NCBI GenBank assembly: GCA_001938485.1
Contig: MQRK01232790.1
Span: forward strand, 18,114 to 82,113
Reading direction: 5' to 3'
Length of the DNA: 64,000 nucleotides
Origin: Girardia tigrina
Lineage: Eukaryota
The position numbers were made by a program, and so were the translations under genes. Below, piece by piece: positions 28,218-39,720 of the stretch; position 1 is the first letter of the stretch, and each line of letters starts with the position of its first letter. The notes under the pieces are model-generated. The model was not told the DNA's origin, made no database searches, and saw nothing but the letters and a program-made list of their open reading frames with translations.

Positions 28218-29080
28218 TTAATTAATGTTAGTCTTCCTTATTTCATTCTTTTTACTAACTTACTTTATATATATATTTATACATATATGTATCCATTGAA
28301 TTTAGAAACCTGTTTTTGAAGGCTTTTTACTCAATCGATTTTCTTCAAACTTTGCACACTTACTCATTCTTGCTGACTATTAACAACATCAATATGAGTT
28401 TTACAACATTTATTAATATCACAAGCGCATTCACCATTTGACATTTTTCTTGTTCGATATATTTCTGAGTTCAAACTAATTATTTTCAATAAATGAAAAT
28501 CTTTTAATAAAAAATATTAATCATAAAGAATCTAATTGGTTAAAATTAAATCTAAACATTTTTTAAAAAAAAAAGAACATATTAAATTAATATATTAAAA
28601 TTTTAAATTACATTAAAAAATAAATAATACATTCAAAAATTATTTTAAATATTTTTACTTTAAAATTAAATTAAATTAGTTTTAATTATTAGGAATCAAA
28701 GAAAATACCAATCATCCATCTGGGTAGGAGAGGCACAATCCGAATCAAAATAAAACATGCACAATATCAACATACAATTCAGAACATTCCTCAGACTGAC
28801 AATAAATGATTATGTAAAAATTTGATCAATAAAAACTTTGTAAGATCCCAAAATTGGAAAAAACGGAAAATTCAGAGTTCCCGAACAATATTAATTGCAA
28901 GATATCTACATATAAATTATAAGTAGTTTATATTAATTTTTGTGTTTTTTTAATTAAATTTTATTAAATTTTTTAACTTTAAAAACTTGGTTGAAAAAGT
29001 ACAGTTTTGTCTGCATCAAGAATGGATATAAAAAATTAATTTTTTTGATTTACTAGTTTTTACCTTCCATTCATAAAATA

Positions 29081-30342
29081 TTAGGTTGAGTCATAAATAA
29101 CTTCCACGCAGGTACATGGTATCTATTGTTATTGTTTACACATACAACGGGTTACCGAGATACGGAATTTTTATTTTCGCAACGCAGGTAGGACTTTAGT
29201 TAGTCTTTAAACGGCTGGCTAGCGTTGTGCGCATTAAGTAGAATTTTTTTCACCTTTAAAATGGAGAATCAAAAAGTGCACTTACGCCATGTTATGCTTT
29301 CGGAATTTAAACAAGGCAATAGTGCTGTTGCTACGGCCTAAAAATATGCAGTGTGTATGGTGAGGGAGTGGTGGGGTAGTAAGAAATTGGTTTGTCAAAT
29401 TCCGTTCTGGATATGTGACCTTGAAAGACGAAATAAGAGGGGTCGCCCTCAGACTTCGATGACGATATTTTGAAGTCAATATTGAAACAAAATCCAAGCT
29501 AAACAATGAAAGAGTTAGCAGAGAAGCTTGATACGTCACAACCAATTGTTTGTCGTCACCTAGAGAAATTGGGGAAAGTAAGCAAACTGGGACAATGGGT
29601 ACCCATAATCTGAGTGAACACAATAAAGCGGATAGGATGTAGATTGCGACATGTCTCCTCTCAAAAGAAAAAAATGAATTTCTTTTGAAGAATATTATTA
29701 CAGGTGATGAAAAATGGGTCACTTACGAGAACATTGTCCGTTTAAGGCAGTGGCTTGATAAAGACTAACTACTTCTACCGGATTCTAAAGCGAACATTCA
29801 TAAGAATTAAATTTTGTTGTGTGTACGGTGGCATTGCCAAAGGATCATTCATTATGAGTTCTTAAACAGGAATGAAACGTTTACTGCAGATTTGTATGTT
29901 CAACAACTGAAAAGTGTACTCGAAAAATTTTTGGAGACGGCTCTGTACTCGTCAACCGTAAAAAATTCATTTTGATGTACGATAATGCAAGACCATATAC
30001 AGCGAGCGTGACCTCAGAAAAAAATTGTCGAACTTTGCTGGTCTGTTTTACCTCTTCTACTCTCCGGACCTTGCTCCGACACATTATCATCTTTTCTACT
30101 CCTTGCAGAATTTTTTAAATGGAAAATTCTTTGATTCAGACCAAGCACTGAATGAAGCTGTCCTTGGCTTCTTCCAATTCGAACCGGCCAAGTTTTACGA
30201 GGAAGGAATCAATAAGTTGAGAAAAATATAGGAACAGGTCATAACAAATAATGGACAGTACATTTTAAATTAGTTTCGATTTTTTGTGTAATTGAAAAAT
30301 AAATGCATACAAAAAACAGAAATTATTTATGACTCAACCTAA
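29081..30342 (+). mobile_element. Mariner (DD34D) element, pseudogenised
   Basis: TA-TTAGGTTGAGTCATAAATAA TIRs. Motifs MENQKVHLRH, WVPII, IITGDEKW, YDNARP and YSPDLAPTHYHLF. Confidence 0.93.
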
Positions 30343-31903
30343 TAGAATCATCCTTTCTTTTATTTTAAGGGTTGTCAAATTTTTTTTCTCCTCATAATTT
30401 TCTTAATTAATCTTTTCTTTGTAAAATCATTTTTTATCATAATCATTATGTACCTAATTACTATTTGATTGTACCATTACCCACTTTAAAAATTATAATA
30501 TAACAAGAAACATATAAAAATTTAATAGAATTGCAAAAGATTCTACATTAATTTTAAGTTTCTTTTTCTTATAGAGAATAAATCATAAGTTTAAAGTGAT
30601 TGTAATTAAGTCAATATACATATAAGTCTTTCCACAATCAAAAGTGTAATTCTTTTATCTTTCTACTCTGACAAGGAATAGGTCAGAACAAGAATGAGTT
30701 TAATTTTTTGCTCGTGAAGTTTTACAGCTAAAAACAGAAATATTTCAGAAAGTGTCAGAAGAGGAAAAAGAAGAAAGCAAAGAAAAAAACTCTTAATATA
30801 TGAAGACAGAGAATCTAATGCTTGTCCTTTTAACCAAGGAAAATTTTTCTGATTATCTTTGTGAGTTGCATAAGACTGAAGAACTAAATATAAAAAAAGA
30901 TTTAAGATTAAAAAAGCAGTGTCTCTTTTTTATATAATAAAAATTTCCTCAATTTTTTATTATAAAAGTATATAACTAAAACAACAAATTAGTTTTTAAA
31001 GTAAACTTTTTATTTATTTTGTATTATCTAATAAAAATAATACAGTATATGAGTAACTTTTATATAACCTTATTCGATTATTAATTTATGTTTGTGTTCA
31101 CGATTCGATTCGCTCACATTTCGGTCTGTTTATCAAAAAAAACAAGATTCTTCTTAAAAAATCAAATATTTAGAAAATAATATACAATCACGACAAATTT
31201 TTAATTTATCCGCAGATATAAACTAAATATTAAAACAAATACACTTATTTGTCATATATTTATTATATCATTAAATAATAAATCGTCATACAAATAATTA
31301 CATTAAACGGGAGAGAACATCATACTCAACAAATTTCAATCAACATACAACAATTATCAGACAACGCCCTCACTAGATGCACTATATTTCTAATATTATT
31401 ATGTATTGGATTATTTTTCTGTTTCTTTTCAACCCCAAACGACACCGTTAGGAAGTATACTTTTAGATAATAAAATAAAAATTTAAAAAGAAACATTAAT
31501 ATTTACTGATTTTATTACTAAAATGATTAATTAATAAATATTATACTTTTAATTCTTTTTTTTTGTATTTTTGAGATTTTTTTGGATTATATTTGAGTAT
31601 ATTTTTATTTATAAATCATATAAAAACTAAACTTTTTTTAGTTTTAAAAAACAATATGAATATATATTATATAAACATTAGTCGTATTTTATCATAAATA
31701 TTTTCTTGTCTTCAATAAACAAATTCGAATATAAAATAATCAAATATTGATCGGATCAGAATACCATTCGCATTTTTCCAATCAATAAGATTGTAATTTA
31801 TAGATTTCCAACATTAATTTCTATAAAAATTTAGCAATACCATTTAAAATTTCCATTGATGTGTGGCCCCATTCACAATATGTCTAAATAAAAAATAATT
31901 TAA

Positions 31904-32143
31904 CCCTATTATGCATGATTTTTTGTTTTTAATATCAAACTTGTATTATATAGAGACACTTAACACATTAAAATGTCAAAAGGATGTGAATTATCATCCA
32001 AAAATAATGTCAAATGTTTTCATTCATTGATAATTTATTGTCTTTGTTCATAAAAATGTATTGGGCAACGTCAACACGCAGGTTTTATAAAAAGTTAAGT
32101 AATAGAGGAATGTAGACAATTGATAAAAATATGCGTTTAAGGG
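31904..32143. mobile_element. piggyBac-type MITE
   Basis: TTAA-CCCT..ATGCAT ... ATGCGTTTAAGGG-TTAA. Confidence 0.6.
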
Positions 32144-33580
32144 TTAAATCCGCGGTTAAAATGGATTTTTGTTGGATCGTCTAATTGTTTGAGTACGATA
32201 CCATTTTTATAGAAGAGAGTATGAAAAACAAGAATATTTGATTACAAATTTTTATTTTGCAGAATTATTATCTAATCAAGAAAGAAGAAAAATTGTGAAA
32301 TTTTGACATTCTCAATACATTTAATTTTAAAAGAGCCAAACTATTAGATAGAACAAATCCTCGGCGTTCGGTCAAAATAACAAAAAAAAACTATTGAAAA
32401 TTTATGTGGCTTCGATCTAAAATATCCGTGTGGTGTTCAAAAAAACACCAAACCAAAACACAAAAACAATTTAAATTAAATTCCAACAAATTAATAGAAT
32501 AAACAAAAATAATAATGTTTTGTTTAACTAAGCAAATTGGCAAAAAATACAAAAATACGGAATCCACCATAACACCAACCAGAAACACAATCAGTGTAGT
32601 CAACGAACTCTCAATCAGTAACCCAAGTATGCCCAGACAAGACGCGAGAATCTATCCCAATTATTGTGCTGACAGACGTCTCTATCCTACCGATTCGGGT
32701 CATGTTTTCGTTTTATGCATCAATACATTTTATGTTCCAGTTATGTCTTTTTTCTTCCCGTTCCAACGACAGAAGTTTGTGGTGCAAATTGCACTCGCCA
32801 AAATACATCAACATATTTTTTAACGTGATTCAACTAAAGTTTTACATGAACAATTTAATAATAATTTATGAAAATTGTATACTTTAACAAATATTTACTA
32901 TGAACTTGAATATATATAATAGAAAAAAATAGAAAGACAAGAATGTATTGGCATCGAAAAAGCTAACTTTAAAACATGCGACTGAGATGCTCACCAAAAA
33001 GAAATAATTTGGTTATGTAAAAAATAAGTGGTGGTTAAACAAAAGGTGTCAAAACGAGTAGGGTTAAAAACAATAAAAATATGGTCAATACAAGTGTTGT
33101 TAAAACAAGCGGGATCAAAACAAAGCGTATCTAATTATTAAACATTTTAGAATGTTAGGAAAAGACGGAATACAATTTTCAGAACATTTATTTAATACAA
33201 AAAACTCCGTAATCTTTTTCTGCATCTTCGTGACAATTAATTTAAAATAACTTCAAAAACCACAAAATTATTAAAAAAAATTATTAAAGCAAATTACGTA
33301 ATTTAATTTAATTTCATGTTTTTCGAAATTAATACGTTTCTTTTGTTAATTATATTCGAATTTGTTTTTAATTATTTAATTTTAATTAGTTAACGTTTGA
33401 CAATTATTTTTTGGAGAGACAACATACACAGCACTATACATTTCATCATATATTTAATCATTCCCAAAGAACCCTCACACAGTAAATTTAACTATCGGCT
33501 CATAATGTCTGAAAATTAATGTTCCTTTTCACTTTCAAATAAAATTAAAATATATTGATAAATAATAACCTTTTATTCAG

Positions 33581-33671
33581 ATAGAATTGGTGGAAGAATA
33601 TTCACGGTCGATCTCCCTGCATCTAAAAATGCGATTGATTTATGGGACTTGGGAGGAAGTTGGATTGGCAA
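33581..33671 (+). CDS. Amine oxidase exon 2
   Basis: Acceptor ttttattcag. (D)RIGGRIFTVDLPASKNAIDLWDLGGSWIG continues exon 1 in phase, giving the EAxDRxGGR and DLGGSW motifs of the MAO family. Donor gttaga, phase 2. Confidence 0.92.
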
Positions 33672-33720
33672 GTTAGATATTTTGCCATTAATTTCGAACG
33701 ACAGTATTAATTTTTAACAG

Positions 33721-33904
33721 TAAAAATATTCAGCCTTTTATAAACCAACTCTTGTCCGAACTGCAATTAAAAGTATATCCACAAAGTTTCGTTGGAAATA
33801 AACTTTTGCAAACGGGAAACAATAATAAAATTACATTTTATGATTCTTCAATACCAGATATGGGATTACTGTCTCTTTTTGATGGATCCAAACTCATGAA
33901 ATCG
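33721..33904 (+). CDS. Amine oxidase exon 3
   Basis: Follows a 49-nt intron ending tttttaacag. In-phase NKNIQPFINQLLSELQLKVYPQSFVGNKLLQ...SIPDMGLLSLFDGSKLMKS. Donor gttttt, phase 0. Confidence 0.85.
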
Positions 33905-35006
33905 GTTTTTTTAATTATTCTTTTTTTTCATTAAAAAAATTTTTAATAATATTGTTAGGATTTTTGGGAGCTCATATATTTTTTTTTGAATTTTAATACT
34001 TAAAATCTATCAAGGAAATTTTAAAATATTTCATACATAAATATAGAGAAAGAAATTTTAGAGTAAAAAAAATTGTTTTAAAAAATTTTAGAAAATTTCA
34101 TGTTTAAAAATTTTAATTTTTGAAAAATATTACTTATATTAAAAATTATTATTACTTTTATATTATTATATTTTTACTTTTTAAATTAAAATTTTATTGG
34201 ATTATTAAATCTTAATTAATTTTAAATATGTAAATTCTGTTCGAATGATCAGTTTTTGTAAGTACAATAAAGCACCGATTTTCCAATTGGATGGGAGAAT
34301 CACAATTCCAATTTGAGCACACTCAAATAAACACACCACATCCATACAAAATTTAAAATATTCTTTACGTGCACAATGAGGCAGAATATGTTTCTTTTCT
34401 TAATAAAATTCTAATTTATATTCTCGTCAATTTTAAAATCTATTTTAAATAATAATTCTGATTGATGTTTATACAAATCGAGATGAAGTACAATGGACTG
34501 TTGATAGCATATTTATCATTACCCTACCAACTTAATGATCTGGGATTTTATCGTCGCTCTCGAAGACACTTGAGACTATTATAAATTAGACACTCCAACC
34601 CATCGAACAAATCCTCTGAAGAATTAATTACCTAAATTGTACTGTATCTATTGTATTCATTATAAATCTCTGTCACCAATTGACAATTCCCAGGTCTTTA
34701 GTTCCCCGATTAATAACAATGAACGTTTTAAAAATCTGGTTAAATAATAATGAGTCTTCTTTATTATCGTCACAGAAGAATCTATTAAGAGACGTATAAT
34801 AGTCACGCGATTTTTAATTATTCTCTTCTTTCGTTTATCTCACTTAATAAAATCGTATAAGATTCATCAGTTTTATAAATTATTATTATTAATGATCTTA
34901 TTATTAATGAATATTCATAAATAATGACGAATATAATGGGGGAAAGTATAGACGTTTGCTGGTTTATTTATTCAATTAAGTAGTAGCCAAAAAGAATACA
35001 TTTTCA

Positions 35007-35040
<34 letters not shown>

Positions 35041-35090
35041 NNNNNNNNNNNNNNNNNNNNNNNNNNNNNNNNNNNNNNNNNNNNNNNNNN

Positions 35091-35139
<49 letters not shown>

Positions 35140-35257
35140 AAATAGACAAAAAATTCAAAAATTATAAATTTATTTTCCAGAAATTTGTAATATACCGGGT
35201 CGGCCAAATTAGTGATTTCACAAATAATATGATAGAGTACATAATAATAGAGTGTGT

Positions 35258-35330
35258 TGCGCAGCGGTTCCGTGGCCGTGACACCCCAGCATCGGGGGAT
35301 GGACTACGAGTCGGGAGGAATAAGAAACTA
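35258..35330 (+). mobile_element. Possible 3' tip of an RTE-like LINE
   Basis: GC-rich segment with hairpin CCCC-agcatc-GGGG followed by a purine-rich ggaggaataagaa tail. The resemblance to RTE 3' ends is from memory only. Confidence 0.3.
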
Positions 35331-35331
35331 T

Positions 35332-35871
35332 CTAACTCGATAAATTTTTTACTCCTCGGCCACTTGTCTTACAATCTATCTCTGCAATGATCCTCCTCAA
35401 CAATTCCGGATTGCCCTTCAATCTCTCTTGGAATGACTCGATTAACTCATCGATATCTTGTTCCCCAGAGAGATCGATCACCAACTCGACAGTCGACGAA
35501 AATCCGTCCTCATTGTCTTTGGTTTCATTATCCCTTTCGATAAATTTCACAATCGATCCGGTCGATTTCGTTAAAATAGAATTTTTAGAATTATCTTCTT
35601 TATTTTCAGAAACGTTTTTCGACATGGCCACTGCCGATTCCGATTGTTTGGTGACCATAACGAGAATGAAGCTCTTTTCATTGTACACGAGACTATCGAT
35701 ACTTTGATTGTTTTCCAAATTTTTTCCTTTGAAAATCAATTTCAATCGATCGGCGGGGAATTCTGATCCGTGTTAACTTTCGATTTTCGATTTCAAATCG
35801 CCAATGGAATTGTGGTTGTCGACATAGACGTAAAAGAGTTGTCGGTTCAATGTTTTGAGAGTCAATTGCAT
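35332..35871 (-). pseudogene. RAD23: RAD23-like pseudogene (UBL domain plus XPC-binding-like segment), intronless and 3' truncated
   Basis: MQLTLKTLNRQLFYVYVDNHNSIGDLKSKIES*HGSEFPADRLKLIFKGKNLENNQSIDSLVYNEKSFILVMVTK closely fits the RAD23 UBL pattern, with TAA at codon 33 (35775-35773). NPELLRRIIAEI resembles the STI1/XPC-binding region. Confidence 0.8.
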
Positions 35872-36759
35872 AATGACATAAATTGAGTTGAATTTGGTCA
35901 TATCGATTCGTATGACGAAATATTCGATTTCCTTTTTCTACAAAAATGAAAATGAAATTAGAAATTGTCTCATTCGATTTTTGGATTCATTGATTTGATC
36001 CGTTTTGGTTGTGAGAAAAAATTAACTATTGTGTCAACAAATTTCAAATCACTCCAATAATACGATTTCAAAAAAAATATGGCTGCTCACAAAACTCAAC
36101 TCAAAAAATTTATTTTATTTCAATTAAACAAAAACAATTAAAAAATTAAATTCGATTTGATTAACACAATAAAAAAAATTTGATTCGAAATTTTGTTTGT
36201 TTGACTTTTTGGCCAATCAGAACTGGCCACGAACAACACACAGTCAAACAGTAAAAAATCAACAAACACAAGATTTTCAATGTTCGACAATCCTCCATGC
36301 ATACACTCCAGGTTCACAATCGACAAATTAGCGAAATCGTGTGGAGACCTCTCTGCTAACAATCGTACATGAGCTGTCTTTGATTTTCCTGAATCAGTAA
36401 AAAATGTTTTGTATAATTTTCTTGGAAAATATTTGGAAATAATGGAAATAATTTGAGCGATTTTTGTTTGAATGGGATCATAAATCGATTTTAATTGATT
36501 CGGTTTGTTGGAAAGGTCGTTGAAGTTTTCAATTGCAACGCCTGATATATGTTTTGTGGATATCTTTGGCAACGACGAAAGATGTTTCCAACGGACGCTC
36601 ATTGAAACCCATTTTGAAGTTTCGACACGTTAACGAAAACCGAAACGAGTTTTGAGCGATGGAATTCGAAGAGATTTTATAACGAATTTTTGATTATTGA
36701 AGTATTTCTTAGTCTTGGGTCGGGTTTATCAGAAGTGTCATTCTGCTGATTTATACATT

Positions 36760-36792
<33 letters not shown>

Positions 36793-36842
36793 NNNNNNNN
36801 NNNNNNNNNNNNNNNNNNNNNNNNNNNNNNNNNNNNNNNNNN

Positions 36843-36885
<43 letters not shown>

Positions 36886-38932
36886 AGTTTGTTCACAATG
36901 TCGACCGTTTAAAAACAATACAATCCATACCACACCTCGACTGGCAATGTAACCTTAGGCAATCGTTGTATCAGTAGCTGAGTTAATAAAATTCTGAAAT
37001 TCGAAAGAAATTTGTTTGACTTTGATAAAGAATTATTAAAATTGTTGACGTTTTTTGAAAATTTTATCGATTTGATAGAATTTTGGAGAAACGATTCTAA
37101 GATTAGCTCAAGGAAAGAACAAATTGAGTTTTAATAGAATTTTAAACTTTTGCTCGCAAGGCAGTACACATGTTTAAATGTATTCTAATTCATGCGAAAC
37201 AGAAAGTAGTATCATGAGTCATATACTGTATTTCATTACTGTGTGTGGTACTTTGGTCTTTGTGTATTGTAGAAAAGAGTTTGTCACTTTGCATATGGAT
37301 GAATTAGTGTGTATTTTATAGAGAGTCCATATTTGTGATAAGTCTATTTGTTGACAGTTGGTCAGCCTTTCCAAGTGCAAGGAGTACTCCATTGTATACT
37401 TTTATTTTCTGTATTGGGTTCACATTTATTTCTTGTTACAAACCAGCTATGTCCTGCGATATCACCACGGAATTGCAAAACCAAATTGTGACGTTACGTC
37501 AGTATACGACGAAATCTAACAGAGAGATTGCACGCAATTTGAAAATCTCTCATTTTGCTGTGAATAGTGTCCACTAATAGACGGGGAAGATGTGGACGAA
37601 AGGCCAAGTTAACCAATAGAAAAAAGACGGTTATTCTTCGTTAGTGCAAGAAGGATTCTCAGCAAACAGCCCAAGTGATGCGGTGTAACACAGGTTTAAC
37701 GGCACTTTCTGTGTCACTGAGAACCGTCAAGCTTGTTCTGAATAATGGTGGATTACTCGTCTATCTTTGTTAAAGAACAATGTATGTCGATATGGCAAAG
37801 GATTAACACGTGCAGAAGTCATCAAGAAAGCACATGAAATATTGTTCAAGGATACTAAACTCCCAAGCATGTGTATTTCTTGTGTGTCATTAATGCCTCA
37901 GCGAATTCGAATGATCATAAAAAATTGTGATGACTCTTGCTTGTATTGAATTATAATCTTTTTATCTTAGTTTTTCAATTTTCTCTATCATATTATATAG
38001 GGAATAACTAATTTGCCCGACCATATATATATATAAAAGTTTGACTGACCATTAATATGACATTATTATGTCAATCATAATTAATTTCGCAAAATATTTA
38101 TTGAGTATTGTTGCAATATAAGGATAATGAGTATAATACGAAGTTTTTGTATGGTATATTGAAGGATTTAATATGACTAAGGAAACAGGATTGTAAGGCT
38201 GATGATATAAGTGATGGAGATTTGGGTCCAAGCTTTGCAGTTCGAAAACAAATAAGAATTTTTTTATTATATTTGAGGGACAGCTCTCAAATTTTAAATT
38301 TTTTTTGTAAATTTCTTGTTGGTTATGTTCTTTTTTTCTTTTTGTTATCTAAAATTCCTAAAATTTTTACTTGAAGACAAACATAATCAAAAGATGTTAA
38401 AAATAAACATAGCTTTAGAAGAGATAATGTTTACTAAATACACAGAAAATAATATGAAAATAAAAATAGAGATTTTAAAGTAGTAAATAATGGTATTTAA
38501 TAGTATGGTGTATAAAAATACACATATAAAATATAAATATTTTTTTTAATTTTAGTTTTGAAAGTTTTCCTAAATTTTCTTAAGAGCACGAAACATTTTT
38601 TTATTAGTAATGTAAAAAATTAATTTCAAAATTATTTCAACCTTTGATTTTTGGTGTTTAAAGATTACAGGAAATGATAATCAAGCAAAGCTGGGGGGCA
38701 AGGATTCAAAATATTCTAAATGAATAAGAATCTACAAATTTTGCTTGAGCTTATCTTAAGAAACTGTTGCTAACCAATTTTGAGTTTCTCGAAACTGAAA
38801 AAGGCAATTTTTTTATAATTAAATTTGAAACGAAAAGCCATCTTGCTATTCAAGCTACAATTATTTAGAAATTTCTTCGGATTTAAAAAATATAATTTTT
38901 TTTTATTTTAACTTTTAGAAATCATTAAAAAA

Positions 38933-38970
<38 letters not shown>

Positions 38971-38974
<4 letters not shown>

Positions 38975-39206
38975 TGTAAAAGCAAGTTTAATATTTTGAA
39001 AATATAATTTCATTAAAGCTTTTTTATATAATTATTGGACATAATTCGATGCTTATATACATCATCATCAGCAATTTTTATACAATTTTAATAGATACAT
39101 TAACTTTAAAATGTATATTACGAATTAAATATTATTATTTATGCAAGTATTATTGGGTAATAGTGCCCAATAATTATATAAAAAAGCTTTAATCAAATTA
39201 TATTTT

Positions 39207-39209
<3 letters not shown>
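38971..39209 (-). mobile_element. Miniature hammerhead-bearing element between two (TA)n tracts
   Basis: An inverted repeat of about 45 bp (38996-39038 versus 39166-39208) flanks a hammerhead-like core. Confidence 0.6.
39034..39075 (-). ncRNA. Minimal type I hammerhead ribozyme with one core change (GAAT)
   Basis: ATTG-CTGATGA-T-GATG-tatataag-CATC-GAAT-tat-GTC-CAAT. Stem I ATTG/CAAT and stem II GATG/CATC both pair. Confidence 0.65.
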
Positions 39210-39256
<47 letters not shown>

Positions 39257-39260
<4 letters not shown>

Positions 39261-39720
39261 TTTGTCACGTTTTTGACATCGTCAGTTCTGTGATAAACTA
39301 AATTGCTGATGTATTTATAGTCAGCAGGTCATTAAGTCACTATGTATTACATCAAAATACTCTGAATACACGAATCATTTTGCATATTTAAACAAAATTT
39401 ATTAAACTTAATTAACTGTGCTTCAGTAATTATCCTTGTATAGTTTAAGTCAAAGTTACCAATCAAAATCCGAAATTCACTCTCCTTTACCCTCCTGTGA
39501 GTTCCAAAACAACTCTTAATGTGATATAAAATAGAGCTTTTTCTACCAATTTTGGTATGTTCAGTAATTCTAATACGGTCGTGTCAATTTTCTCTTCAAT
39601 ATACAATAATCCACACTTGTGACATTTAATCTGGTAGACTAAATCCGCTTTCATTCCCAGTCGTGTTTTTGATTTATTAGAAATGTAATTAGAGATTTTA
39701 TTGGTGTTCCGTTCCTTACT
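39257..39720 (-). mobile_element. Second, older Penelope-like element: GIY-YIG remnant plus decayed hammerhead
   Basis: LVYQIKCHKCGLLYIEE, IRITEH and RIITEAQLIK. It ends in CTGACGA-T-GTCA-aaaacg-TGAC-AAAA abutting (TA)n. Confidence 0.7.

Larger units (their letters stand above)
35195..38025 (+). mobile_element. Tc1-like element enclosing about 1.9 kb of foreign DNA
   Basis: TA-flanked TIRs of about 43 bp (ggtcggccaaattagtgatttcacaaataatatgatagag versus revcomp ggtcgggcaaattagttattccctatataatatgatagag). A deleted transposase at 37449-37949 gives SNREIARNLKIS, GRCGRKAKLT and SLMPQRIRMIIK. Confidence 0.8.

Noticed and set aside
32160-33130. Possible MULE-like element with repeated TCAAAAC motifs at the right end
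   Set aside because: No convincing left TIR, TSD or transposase motif.
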